A stretch of 55,043 nucleotides of DNA from a virus (lineage: Duplodnaviria > Caudoviricetes): positions 1-55,043 of IMG/VR virus record IMGVR_UViG_3300042479_000786, one strand, 5' to 3'. Positions 25,869 through 37,200 of the stretch are shown in pieces (position 1 is the stretch's first letter; every line of letters begins with the position of its first letter). The position numbers and the translations under genes were made by a program. Under the pieces are notes generated by a model. The model saw only the letters and a program-made list of their open reading frames with translations, did not search any database and was not told the origin of the DNA.

Positions 25869-26497
25869 CGAGAAAGCAGTATACCGACCTTTTGTTGGCC
25901 GAATTTGTTGGAGGGGATGTTTATGACGAGATGCATGCAAGCGTTCGTCTGGTAGCCGGGCTATTGGATATCGCAAGAGAGCAGGCAATCATCACATACG
26001 TAACAAAGAAGAAGACCATCCCGGCGCAGCTATATCAGACCACATATCCTTTGTTCAAAAAGGACTTGCAGTATGATCCGTGCTTCACCGTATTCGGAAC
26101 AAACTCATCGGTCATTCAACTAGACGCAAGCAAGGACGGTATGGGCTATATCGGAGGAGCGGATGGCGTTACGCCGTATATCCGCAGCCACGATCAGACA
26201 GAGCACGCTAACAGCATGCAGCATCCGATCATGGCCATGATAGCCAACAAGAATCCGGTGGCCATCTATATCCCGGAATTCAGCCTGATCAAGATCAATA
26301 AGACACCCGGGAAGCTCCCGAAAAGAATAATGCTATCTGCCGTATTTACGAATCCGGATATGATACCAGAATATAACGAGGACGTTGATGACTATCCTAT
26401 CACAATGGAGATATTCACAATGGCCAAGGATTACCTTCTTCAGGTAGACATCAAGCAGCTAATTGCAACCAACACCGATCCTAAGAATAAGCGATGA
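25865..26497 (+). CDS. putative ring/tail tube protein
   Basis: C-terminal SAVFTNP...DDYPI pattern; coupled to neighbours. Confidence 0.55.
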   Translation: MTRKQYTDLLLAEFVGGDVYDEMHASVRLVAGLLDIAREQAIITYVTKKKTIPAQLYQTTYPLFKKDLQYDPCFTVFGTNSSVIQLDASKDGMGYIGGADGVTPYIRSHDQTEHANSMQHPIMAMIANKNPVAIYIPEFSLIKINKTPGKLPKRIMLSAVFTNPDMIPEYNEDVDDYPITMEIFTMAKDYLLQVDIKQLIATNTDPKNKR

Positions 26498-27180
26498 ACA
26501 GAAGCATCTCTACACCGGTAAGTTTAAAGGCGGTAATAGCATCCGCAAAACAACAGTTGAGAATCGCCTCGACTAACGAGCACGATCTTATGCTATACCG
26601 GTTGGCGGATGAGTCCATTGGACAGATAGGTGCTCTTGATGGATTTGTGAAGACCACCAGATGCTTTGATATCGAAGATTATCGATTCGAGCTTCCGGAA
26701 GGATTTATACGTCCAATCGCTATTCGCTTAGTGGGAACGCAGACCGATGGAATTGCCGGCAATGTCCTTTACTTCGATCAAGACTTCTTGCGTCAATGTG
26801 ATTGCGAGGACACTGAGTACAGAAACTTCCCAGACATCTCGGCAACCGGTCAGATATCAAACGGATACTGGGTGTTCAATACCGATATAACCGCCACACA
26901 AGCCGTTATGACGTATTACGGAAGAAACCTGGACGAAGATTGCTTGATGATCATGTTCGAGCAGCAGGAGCGAGCTGTGAGGGCCTATATCTGTTGGAGC
27001 TTCTGCAGAACCTTCTTTGATCTGTATCCGCGTGACGTGCGTGCCGATTATCAGAGCGAATGGACTGCTCAGAGACGGTTCCTAATTGGAGATGCAGTAC
27101 AACGTGACTTCCGGAATAAAAGAACTCAGATCGGCTCAATTGCAAGCGCTATCATTAGTAACCATAACTTCTCCATCTAA
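26494..27180 (+). CDS. putative ring/tail tube protein
   Basis: ELPEGF, Y.GRNLDED.L motifs; directly precedes the muzzle gene. Confidence 0.55.
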   Translation: MNRSISTPVSLKAVIASAKQQLRIASTNEHDLMLYRLADESIGQIGALDGFVKTTRCFDIEDYRFELPEGFIRPIAIRLVGTQTDGIAGNVLYFDQDFLRQCDCEDTEYRNFPDISATGQISNGYWVFNTDITATQAVMTYYGRNLDEDCLMIMFEQQERAVRAYICWSFCRTFFDLYPRDVRADYQSEWTAQRRFLIGDAVQRDFRNKRTQIGSIASAIISNHNFSI

Positions 27181-30100
27181 TGGCAAATGTTCAATTAAGA
27201 TCATTTGGGGGTTTGAATACAGACTCCCACATTCAGGATATTCGCAATGGCGACTATACGGATGCTAAAAACATTGATCATGTAAGCACAGCTGATGGGG
27301 AATCCCTTGCCATAACACCGCGTGTTGGGAATGAATTTGGGTTTAGTTTAGGAGAGATAACAAGACAAAATAAAGTATACATCTTTATTCCTCCAACAGA
27401 ATTCCCCGAAGGCGGATTTGTCATTAGCTTTTTTAGAACAGATCAAGTAACTGAATTGATACCTGATTTAATCATAGAGGGGGATAATGTAAACTCAATA
27501 CGTAGTCAAGTTACTCAGCATTTCCAGACATTTAACATATCTGTATACCTACAAGATGGGGGAGAATTTAATCCAGCCTTGTCGTCTTATGCAGGATCTT
27601 TTGTTGTTGTTCCTGGACAAGGAAGTGAGATCGGTTTTTGTTATGACTATATTATCGAAAGCACAGGAACAAATATCCTAGACATACAGATAGTTCAGGA
27701 AGCAATTAGTCCATCAAGAAGTGGCCTGCTAGAGGTAGTGGGCAGCAAAAGTATTGGAAATGACTTATTCATTATTTCAACATCTAAAAGAGATAAGCCT
27801 TTCAATATAAACGCCTTAGATGTATTATCAATCGGAGGAGATGTATACATAGTTCCAGAGACTCAAGACTTTGAGCATATAAGTGGAATTGAAATATACA
27901 TTACAGGAGTCCCAAGTGTACCGCAAGTTAACGGAATGTTTATTGCAATATTTGAATTGCAGCCATCTGGCTTATATTGGATTAGACTTTTTAATACATA
28001 CATAGATCCGGCTACTTTAGTTTATCAAGGAGGAGGTATAATAGAATTCAATCCACTTGGAATTGGAGAAATAGGAGTAGCTCAAAAGGATGAATCAAAA
28101 AATACATGGGAATACACCAGGCTCTTGAGATCAAAAGAGCTGAACTTGTTTACATATCACCAATGCGAGACACAGGGTGAGGTGTCTTCAAACTTGAGGT
28201 CAATCTATTTTACTGACAACTTCAATCCACCAAGATGCTTTTACTATAAATCAAAAGCTCCATACATAAAAGACGGTGCCGTAAAAGTCATAAATCCATT
28301 ATACGGAATATACAACTACGAATCTATAAATACCCAGACAAGGCACATCTTGGGCCAGGGCCTTATGGACATAAGTTATGAAACACAGATCCAGAATGGA
28401 GGGTCTCTTTATGCTGGGAATCATAGGTACTTTGTTAGAGGAGTATTGTCTGATGGATCATATACAGACTGGTCACTACCTTCAAATCCAATCCCTGTAT
28501 ACAATTCATCTACAACAGATAATCCGTATAAGATAGTAGGTAATATAGAGGGATCTCAAACAGGAAAGCAGAATGTAATTCGCATATCAAATATAAACTC
28601 AGCAGTTTACGATTACATCGAGGTAGCTGCTATTGTTTATGTGAATATTACGTTTGACGCTACTCAATATGGAATATTCGCTAAACTAAAAATAGCTGCT
28701 GGACAAATCGAAATTGTCGTTAATCATAATGGAGGAGAGAACGTAGTAGAATTAAATCCAGATGAACTTAGTGTTCAAACCCAAACATACGCAACAGCTA
28801 AAAACAATGAGCTTCTAGACAATAGGTACATACTGTCAAACTTAAAAGACGGGGATACTTATGATATTGACGACTTGTTTGAAACGGCTACGTATTCGCT
28901 AAAATACAAAACAATCCAAGGGCCAGGGGTATATCCTGACATTACATTTGGGGGATTCCAAGACCCGTCGAATGTATTCAATTTTACCGGATACATGTTA
29001 AATGAGACATACAGAATAGGTGCTAGGGTTATTTATAAGAACGGAGCCGTTAGTCTGATAAGGAAGTTATTTGACGTAACGATCGATGCAGAACAAGATA
29101 GCACCGACGGAAGAAGGACCTCAGGACTTAGTGATTATGGTCTTTATGGATTCAATGGAGAGTACAGAGTGCCATATATCGAAGTATCTGGAATAGACAT
29201 AAGCAATAAGCTACTCTCTGGCGTATTGGCTAGTGAAATAATTGAAAGAGTCGAGTTCTTCAGAGCCGAGGTTTCAAACCCTACAATCATAGGTTCTGGT
29301 TATGCTGTGTTGCATGTTAATTGCATATACGAAGGATCTCAACCAATACCAGGAATACCAACACCTCCGGAAGACGATGGAGGTATGGTTGTCTTTTCTC
29401 CCAAGTGGCTAAAGGTAGCTCTTCCATCATCGATAGTATATAATTTTACAATAGAGCTAAACCAGCTACCCGCTCCTATTGCACAGATGCCATATAATGA
29501 TTTTGGAAGGGGTATTATAGACTATGAATTTCCATTTATATCTGGATTTTATCCTAGTAGCCCTACTCCGACACCTTTGCTTGTACCTCAATCACTATAC
29601 ATACCTGATGACATAAGGTATTACGACCCAAGGTACACGCAAGGTCTTCCTCCAAACAATTCATCAACCGGATATATATGGAATGATACCGTTTCTAGTA
29701 TTTATTTGATTGATGATATTGTAAATGGAACTCAAACGAAAATATCCGCAGGAGACGTATTGGTAAATATAGGGCAACCGGATAGATTTGCAGAGCAAGT
29801 TGACACCTCAATGATCCCTAATAATTATTATAGATCATTAGTTACAACTAGTTTTTTTTTAAATAAAGAAGAAATAGGAATAACAAGGAGCGAATTATTA
29901 ACTCCAGAGGCTCCTATTTATTTTGAAAATAACTGGGTATATAAAAAATTTGGTAAAACTCAATCATACACAAGTGGTGTATTGAAGTCGTATTTTAAAG
30001 CATACTCTAACAACCCTAGCTATGTAGTTAAAACAAGTCAACCTCCTTCTAATATGATGGGGTATATTGACAATGGGGTTAGGTATATCCAAATAAAAAG

Positions 30101-31814
30101 AAATATAGAAAATCAATATTCACAAAGCAACGAGGATCAGTATATTTATCTAGGTGCGCATCAGTCAATAAAAACAAGTAATGTTATTGATTTGTTCGGA
30201 GGAGACGCGTTCACGACTCATACATATCTTCGTCATTTTATTGCAAATGAAAATAAGCTTCCTGACCAAGAATGGGCAAGAGGAGACTCTCAGGGACTTA
30301 CTTTCTTAGCACAGACAAGAACAAATCCACACCTTCTATATAAGCAAGAGAACGTACGACTCTGGCCATGGGACGCTCAGAATCTTACGACAAACGCTCT
30401 CAAGATGAAGAATTATTTCGAGAGCACTAACTTGGATGAGTACTTTTATAATTCTGGGTATAACATTAGAATGGAATTGGCATATCGCGCAGGATTCTCT
30501 ATAGGAGAAACATATGCAACAGACTATCCTACCCGGATAATATATTCAGACTCCAAGCCACAGACAGCCAAGACAGATTTTTATAGAAGATTCGGAGTCT
30601 TTTCATACGCTGACCTTGACTCTTCTTTTGGGGAGATTAACAGTATGAAGAATATTAATGGAGAATTGTTTACCCTTCAGGTAAGTAAGTTCCAAAAGCA
30701 ATTCTTCAATACAAGAGGAACCCTTAGTGTATCTGACGGAACTCAGGTTGTACTAGGAGATGCAGGTGTTCTTTCTCGCCCTGGAATTACAATAACAAGC
30801 TACGGATGCTCTAATAAATGGTCTTCGTTCCTAGGAAGATCAGCAGGAGGAGATGACGTTTTATATTGGTACGATGAGGTAAATAAAAAACTGATGAGAT
30901 TTGGAGCAGATGGAGCCATTCCTATATCCGACAGATCATCAGTAAGAACAATGGTACTCAATGGCCTTAAGTGGATATTGGACTTTGACTCTCCGGCAGA
31001 TAATTATGGTATCCATGGTATTTGGAATCAAAGACTAAACGAGGCTACGTGGACATGCAGAGCCTATCGTAAGGAAGATATTATATGGTCCGAGTCTCAA
31101 ACAATACCAGCTGGAAGCATAGTCATTTTAAAGGACGAGCAAAACTTTCTTAATTTCGAAAAAACTGCAGTCCTTTATGTATGCACCAATACACATGTAG
31201 CCACTCAGAGCAAGAAGCCTGGCGTCGGATCTCTGTGGACTCAATATTACACACGACCATCGATAGACGACCCAGAATACTACAGCATCAAAACAATCAC
31301 ATGGAACGAGTCAAAGAACAAGTTTATCAATAGAGACGAAACGCCTCATCCAAGGATCTATTTAAGATGGAAGGACACGTACCTATCCCCTCGGCCGGCG
31401 GATGAGCCAAACGCTATCTATGAGCATAACGAAGGAGAGTATCTCCAGTGGTATATGCTAGGCGGGCAGTCTCAAACTGAACCTGGGTTCATTGATGTGA
31501 TATTCAATATCGATCCAAATACAACCAAGCAATTCATATCCCTGATATGCAATAGCGAGATTGTACCTAGCAGAATAGAGGCATTCACTAAGAACCATTC
31601 TACAGTGATGACTGCCGGTGAATTCCTAGAGCAACTAGACCAATACGTAGCTCCGATACCTAATAATATCCAGAACGGAAGCACGGGAGAGGATAACACC
31701 TTCCTGTATGGACAGTGGATAAAAGTCCGGTTCTATTTTGATCCATTGCAATTCCAGCGCCTAACAAATATCGTTTTGAAATTCAATCCGATGGCTAGAC
31801 TATGGAACAGTTAA
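27180..31814 (+). CDS. putative muzzle / tail stabilisation protein
   Basis: 1544 aa; GGLNTD..Y.DA.NI N-terminus, IYFTDNFNPPR, LFGGD, RIIYSD, C-terminal YGQWIKV; beta-rich. Confidence 0.7.
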   Translation: MANVQLRSFGGLNTDSHIQDIRNGDYTDAKNIDHVSTADGESLAITPRVGNEFGFSLGEITRQNKVYIFIPPTEFPEGGFVISFFRTDQVTELIPDLIIEGDNVNSIRSQVTQHFQTFNISVYLQDGGEFNPALSSYAGSFVVVPGQGSEIGFCYDYIIESTGTNILDIQIVQEAISPSRSGLLEVVGSKSIGNDLFIISTSKRDKPFNINALDVLSIGGDVYIVPETQDFEHISGIEIYITGVPSVPQVNGMFIAIFELQPSGLYWIRLFNTYIDPATLVYQGGGIIEFNPLGIGEIGVAQKDESKNTWEYTRLLRSKELNLFTYHQCETQGEVSSNLRSIYFTDNFNPPRCFYYKSKAPYIKDGAVKVINPLYGIYNYESINTQTRHILGQGLMDISYETQIQNGGSLYAGNHRYFVRGVLSDGSYTDWSLPSNPIPVYNSSTTDNPYKIVGNIEGSQTGKQNVIRISNINSAVYDYIEVAAIVYVNITFDATQYGIFAKLKIAAGQIEIVVNHNGGENVVELNPDELSVQTQTYATAKNNELLDNRYILSNLKDGDTYDIDDLFETATYSLKYKTIQGPGVYPDITFGGFQDPSNVFNFTGYMLNETYRIGARVIYKNGAVSLIRKLFDVTIDAEQDSTDGRRTSGLSDYGLYGFNGEYRVPYIEVSGIDISNKLLSGVLASEIIERVEFFRAEVSNPTIIGSGYAVLHVNCIYEGSQPIPGIPTPPEDDGGMVVFSPKWLKVALPSSIVYNFTIELNQLPAPIAQMPYNDFGRGIIDYEFPFISGFYPSSPTPTPLLVPQSLYIPDDIRYYDPRYTQGLPPNNSSTGYIWNDTVSSIYLIDDIVNGTQTKISAGDVLVNIGQPDRFAEQVDTSMIPNNYYRSLVTTSFFLNKEEIGITRSELLTPEAPIYFENNWVYKKFGKTQSYTSGVLKSYFKAYSNNPSYVVKTSQPPSNMMGYIDNGVRYIQIKRNIENQYSQSNEDQYIYLGAHQSIKTSNVIDLFGGDAFTTHTYLRHFIANENKLPDQEWARGDSQGLTFLAQTRTNPHLLYKQENVRLWPWDAQNLTTNALKMKNYFESTNLDEYFYNSGYNIRMELAYRAGFSIGETYATDYPTRIIYSDSKPQTAKTDFYRRFGVFSYADLDSSFGEINSMKNINGELFTLQVSKFQKQFFNTRGTLSVSDGTQVVLGDAGVLSRPGITITSYGCSNKWSSFLGRSAGGDDVLYWYDEVNKKLMRFGADGAIPISDRSSVRTMVLNGLKWILDFDSPADNYGIHGIWNQRLNEATWTCRAYRKEDIIWSESQTIPAGSIVILKDEQNFLNFEKTAVLYVCTNTHVATQSKKPGVGSLWTQYYTRPSIDDPEYYSIKTITWNESKNKFINRDETPHPRIYLRWKDTYLSPRPADEPNAIYEHNEGEYLQWYMLGGQSQTEPGFIDVIFNIDPNTTKQFISLICNSEIVPSRIEAFTKNHSTVMTAGEFLEQLDQYVAPIPNNIQNGSTGEDNTFLYGQWIKVRFYFDPLQFQRLTNIVLKFNPMARLWNS

Positions 31815-31815
31815 C

Positions 31816-31823
31816 TATATTTG
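31816..31823 (+). promoter_or_regulatory. -7 promoter box TATATTTG before the ejection genes
   Basis: Intergenic consensus match. Confidence 0.55.
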
Positions 31824-31844
31824 TAACAAGAAAAAAATAAAATA

Positions 31845-32585
31845 ATGGTCCTTTCTAGTTTGATTAATCTCCCGAAAGGGATGGGGAGAAGCGACTCTGA
31901 TTTGATGGAGCCAATGGCGTATAGGACAGATCCAGCAGCGCCTCCAGGAGACGGTAAAGGCATACTAGGGTCTCTAAATCCATACGGAGCAGCCCTCGGC
32001 GCCCTCGGCACCGGCATTGGAATGATAACAGATGCCGTACGTGTAAGAAAGGCAAAACGTGAGCTAGCTAGAATGGGGTCCCGTCCAAAGGTATCCGTAC
32101 CACAGGAGGTAATGGCCGCATATCAGAATCGACTCAAGAGATCTAAGATGTACCAAGGGTTTACCCAAGCAGAGACTGCACAGGCCACCAAGGGTATCGC
32201 AAGATCAAACGCAGCGATGGCTCAGAGAGCTCAAAATATGGGCGGATCAGCTCAGGCCATGCAGACAATGATGGGCAACCAGGCTGCAAACGCATACTCA
32301 GGATTAGCTGCTCAGTCTGCTCAAATGAACAGAGCTGGCCAAGCAAGGGATTTGTCAGCAGCCGACATGCTAGGCAGTCAGGTTGGTGGATATCAGACTG
32401 AAAACCAAAGACAGGCAGGAGGGCAGTGGGACACGAAGGTGTCTACGCTAGGGGCTCAAATGCAGCAAGGAAACCAAGGCATCAGTAACTCCCTACAGAC
32501 TATGGCTGGCCTAGGCTGGCAAAGCGCAATGGCCGCGGACGCTGGAGATACAAACTACAACACATACAATACAACAAAACCATAA
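31845..32585 (+). CDS. putative internal virion/ejection protein
   Basis: Gly/Ala hydrophobic segment NPYGAALGALGTGIG, Q/A-rich helices; follows the tail genes. Confidence 0.6.
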   Translation: MVLSSLINLPKGMGRSDSDLMEPMAYRTDPAAPPGDGKGILGSLNPYGAALGALGTGIGMITDAVRVRKAKRELARMGSRPKVSVPQEVMAAYQNRLKRSKMYQGFTQAETAQATKGIARSNAAMAQRAQNMGGSAQAMQTMMGNQAANAYSGLAAQSAQMNRAGQARDLSAADMLGSQVGGYQTENQRQAGGQWDTKVSTLGAQMQQGNQGISNSLQTMAGLGWQSAMAADAGDTNYNTYNTTKP

Positions 32586-32586
32586 G

Positions 32587-34209
32587 ATGGCAGAAGAAGG
32601 TCAGGCGCTGTCTTTAGGCACCGCCATTGGATTAGGATATAAGACTAAGGATATCGGTCCTCAGTTACTGAAGTTCCAGGCGGAGCAATTGGCCACCGGA
32701 TCTGCAAGAAAAGCTGCTGCTCACAAGCAGAAGCAATCTGAGTACGATAAGATATACAATGACATAATCAAGATAGACTCATCTTTCGCTCACAAAGGAG
32801 TAAAAGGACTTCTTGACAATGACACAAAAGAAGCGATAACCAAACTGAATAAAGGCATTCAGGAAGGGGCGTCTCCTCAAGAATTAATGAGCACGCTTTA
32901 CGACTACACTACAAAGGTAAACTTTAGAAAAATTCAGTCTAAAGAAAGAGATGCCATTGAAAAAGATAATTACGAAGGCGCCCCGGTACCTCAGATACTT
33001 ATATCCGCTGCCGGAAGAACCCAAGATGGAGATATCGCCTTAATGGTAAATGAGAAACTGACAATGGAGGCGATGGGTATTTCGCAAAACACAGATCCAG
33101 GGACAATAGGATATCAAGCCCTTCCAAAAGAAGGGGCAGAGACCGCTCTTAATACTATAGATTTCAGCGTCCCGGCATTACAGGGCATGGCTGATGTAAA
33201 AAAAGAAGTCCGTACAGTAAAAGGAGAAAAAGGATACCAGGACGTTGTTACTACCAATTACATCCCCTCTGTAGATGTATACAAAAATCTATTGGAAGGC
33301 GAGCTGTCAAAGCAGAACCAACTCGCTGCAGAAGTAGTTCGAATAGCGAAAGCAGAAGGTAAAGATGAGTCGCAATTGTTAACGGAACTCATAACCAAGG
33401 CACAGGCTGAAGGAAGACAATATAATAATAGCCAGCTATTGAAAGAAAAGGTAATAGACTATTACGTGACTAATAAGTTTCCTACTTGGCAACAACAAAA
33501 AACAAAGGCTGTTCAGATGACTGCTATTACTCCAACCAGAAGCTCCGGTAGAGACGGCGACAACCCTAAGCCGAACCCGGCAGAGGTCCCTGTCTACCAA
33601 AGCGAATTCATAAGCCAGCCGCTTAGGAGGTTCATGAATACAAAAAAAGCACTAAGCAGCAGTATGAACTCGATGTCTGATTCTCAAATTATAGAATTAT
33701 TCAAAGATCCAAGTAAGATAAAAAACGCCACGGCTAGAAAGGAGATGGAGGTTATTAAACAAGCCTGGGATATCCAAAAAGCGTCTCCATATGCAAACTA
33801 TCCATCGGCCTCGGTGTCAGCTGGAGGTGAAGACATAAAATTAAGAAACGGAGCTACGATAAAAATAGATCAGCTTTATTTTGTTCCGGATCCAAAGGTA
33901 AAGGGAGGAGGAACCTTCCACGCCAAAGGTTCCGCGAATGTTACGCAGGGAGGAAGGGTCGTTAATATCGAAGACAAGGATTACGAGCTTCATGTAGATG
34001 ACATACAGACGCTACAATCTAAGACCGGAGGATCAGCAGGAGCCGTGTATAAGACCGCTCTACTTAACTGGGACAACTCTGCCGAAGGTAATAATGTTCC
34101 GACGATTGGAGGGTATGTTGAGGCTATTAAGACTGGTAGAAGGTCAGCAAAGTCAGCAGTAGCTCCAGCGGGGAAAAAGAAAAAAATAACAGGAGTTGGA
34201 GGCAATTAA
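32587..34209 (+). CDS. putative internal virion/ejection protein
   Basis: 540-aa helical protein between the small and giant ejection genes. Confidence 0.55.
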   Translation: MAEEGQALSLGTAIGLGYKTKDIGPQLLKFQAEQLATGSARKAAAHKQKQSEYDKIYNDIIKIDSSFAHKGVKGLLDNDTKEAITKLNKGIQEGASPQELMSTLYDYTTKVNFRKIQSKERDAIEKDNYEGAPVPQILISAAGRTQDGDIALMVNEKLTMEAMGISQNTDPGTIGYQALPKEGAETALNTIDFSVPALQGMADVKKEVRTVKGEKGYQDVVTTNYIPSVDVYKNLLEGELSKQNQLAAEVVRIAKAEGKDESQLLTELITKAQAEGRQYNNSQLLKEKVIDYYVTNKFPTWQQQKTKAVQMTAITPTRSSGRDGDNPKPNPAEVPVYQSEFISQPLRRFMNTKKALSSSMNSMSDSQIIELFKDPSKIKNATARKEMEVIKQAWDIQKASPYANYPSASVSAGGEDIKLRNGATIKIDQLYFVPDPKVKGGGTFHAKGSANVTQGGRVVNIEDKDYELHVDDIQTLQSKTGGSAGAVYKTALLNWDNSAEGNNVPTIGGYVEAIKTGRRSAKSAVAPAGKKKKITGVGGN

Positions 34210-34243
34210 TTCCCATTGAACAAAACAAGCAAATAAAACACTG

Positions 34244-37200
34244 ATGCCGAACGAAGACGTATTGCTGAATATATGGAATGCCGCCAAGGATACATATGAA
34301 CTTGGAGATTTTGATTCATTCAAACAGGATATGAATGACCCAGCGGCTCGGTCTAATTTCCATAAAGCAGCAGCAGCTGACTTCGACATAGGCGATCTTG
34401 CATCATTCGAGTCAGATCTAGGTTTCAGTAAGCCAAAGAAGAAAGCTCCTCCACTCCCGTCAAATCTTAATCCTCAGCAAGTAAAGTCTTACCTGAGCCG
34501 ATACGGAGGGAGAGACATAACGGATAACGAAGCAGCCGATTTATCATCGATGATCAGCGGTAAATCAACAGACGAAGCTCTTCTTATCACCACTGATTAT
34601 TTTAAACCGAAGGTTACCGCTCCGCCAATGGCTGGAGTAGGGGTAATGCAAACCGGTTACCAGGCTCCTGAGCAACCTTTGGTGATGGCTCCTACACCGG
34701 AGTCTCAATACCAAGGCGCAATGCCTGAGCAGGTTGATTTAGGGTTCGAGACAGTAGCACAAGAGATCGCTAGACCAAAGAGCGATGAAGAGGTGAAGGC
34801 CAACATCACGAACACGATGATGGATGAATACTCTAAGGCAGATAAAGACCTAGATTATATATTCAAAGGCTTAGATTCTGGGTATCTAGACGTAGAGTCT
34901 CAGGCTCTAATCAAGTCATTGACACCTGATTATACCGTTCCGATATCGGATATGAATGATCAGCAGAAAGAAGATGTTAAAAACAGACTGAAAGCACTTA
35001 AGTCCGGGGAAAAATCCGCAAAATTAATAACAAACCTAGCAACTGTAAAATCTCTACAACAAGAGACTACGAACAATATTGCTAAGCTTACACAAGAAAT
35101 AAATGACCTTAATACAAATCCTCAAGCAGATCAGTTAGAGGTTAAGAGAAAACAAAAGGAACTAGATGATCAGATCATAATCAACCAAGTCTCCAATAAA
35201 ACATACTATCCTGTTCAGCAGGAGAAAGAACGCAAAGCAATATACGACTCACAGGAGGCGTTAAGAGCACTCCCATTAATAGATCGGTTTGGAGTACTTA
35301 AAAAGCAGGCGGCTATTAATATAGTCGGCCTTGTGCCAACCGTTCTCAATACTGTAGGGGAGATTGTGAATAAATACTCCACAGAGGGCCTTGTTACAAG
35401 GTACATTAATTCATCAATATCAGAAAAAACAGGAATTGATTTTACTAAAGCCAGAATTACAAATCCCGAAGGAGAGTACCTTAAGAATCTAGCGGAGACT
35501 CAAAAGAAGGATCTTCAGAAATACAAAGAAGCCCAGCCTGAATATCTTGCAACTACAGTCAGTATCTTGGATGGACTTAATTTCGCAAACGTCGGCCAGG
35601 CTGGAGGTCAGTTAGTAGGGTCAATGGGAGCTGTAATGCTGGGAACGGTAGCAGCAGGTCCTGCGGGTGGTTTTGCAGCCGGTTATGCTTTGGTTTACGG
35701 AGACGCTGTAGACGAAGCGCGAAAAGCGGGATATAGCGAAGACGAGGCTGAATTATACGGTCAAATACTTGCAGTTGGATCAGGTATACTGGAAGAAGTT
35801 CCAATAGCAGGTTTGTTGAAAGGATTCACAAACTCAATGCTCAGAAAAAGCGTACTAAGACAAATTAGAATAGACTTAGCTGCAGGAATACCTAAAGACC
35901 AGATTGCAAAGAAGATAATTAATGGAGCACTTAACTCAGGGGCCGAGGCTCTGGTAGGAGGTATTCCAGAAGCGGTGACAGAGGTGTTGCAGACTGGTCA
36001 AGAATATGTAACCAAGTACGCTTTTAACGAACTAGCAAAAGACGAAGAAGACATAGGGTTCGAAATCCCGTCTCTTAAAGAAATAGGAAAGCAATCCGTT
36101 GAATCATTTGTTCTTGGCTTCTTTGGTGGTGGGTTTACGGCAGGTGTCGGTGAGGCATTCTCCGGAAGTGAGTCATATAGCAAGCTGGCGTTGGCGGCAA
36201 TAAGAGACAACGATCGATTCAATAACCTCAATGTGGTTGCTGATGGACTACTTGCTTCAGGTAAAATAACACAACAGCAGCGCGATAGCTTTGTAGGTAA
36301 CCTAAAGATTGCCGTAGAAGCGAAAGCATCTGTTCCGAAATATATCAAGGATGACAATGTCCGCCAGCGTGCCATCGAACTGATCCTTAATAAAAAAGAG
36401 CTAGAGGTAGAAATGGCCTCCGTTGATCCTAGCATGGCTGATGGGTATAAATCAAAGCTTGCATCTATTCAGGCAGAATTAAAGTCCATCTCTGATCAGA
36501 AATGGAAGGCCCCGGCAAGTCCTGTGCTATTCTCATCTGTAGATGGGCTGGAGGCAATGACGCACGCGCTAACGAATAACTCCTCCAAAGAAAACTCTGC
36601 CGGGATATTTGTATCGACGATTGCAGCTGGGAAAGGATTCGTAGGGCAGATACTGAAGTCTATTGGAGAAGAAGCTCCTATCGCCAAGCCGCTTGTAGAA
36701 CGCACCGTGGCCTCCCTAGAAGCTCTCGCCAATTCATTCTCATCTGCCCCTGTAAAAACAGAGATGACCCAGAAGGCAGCAGAGCAAGCTCAGCAACTGG
36801 CAGATCAACTTAAGTCCTATGGGAATGTAGTTGACTCTGTTGCTACCGACACGATTCCAGGAATGGATATCACTGCCGAGGCGGATAATATCGCCATGGG
36901 AGTTCCTATCAAGGAGCTAGAGTTTATGAATGAGGTTCCTTCAGATATCCTGGAGGCCTACCAAGGTATTGTAAACGGAGAGGCAGTGTCTCCCGTGGAT
37001 GCATCTAATGTCCAGAATTTCCTGTACGAGAAATACAGCAAACTAAATGACATCAAGGACAAGCTCCAAAAGAAAATAGAGAAGACAACAGATCCGGAAA
37101 AAGCTAAAAAGCTAAACGAGTCATTGATCTCAATCAAAAAAGTCCAAGGAAATCTCTCTCAAGAGATACGCTCCATGGGTCGATATAAGTCAGAGGCGGC

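Noticed and set aside
34379-34396. DFDIGD as the catalytic DxDxD motif of a virion RNA polymerase
   Set aside because: The third Asp is misplaced, and the motif lies in a short N-terminal helical repeat without polymerase context
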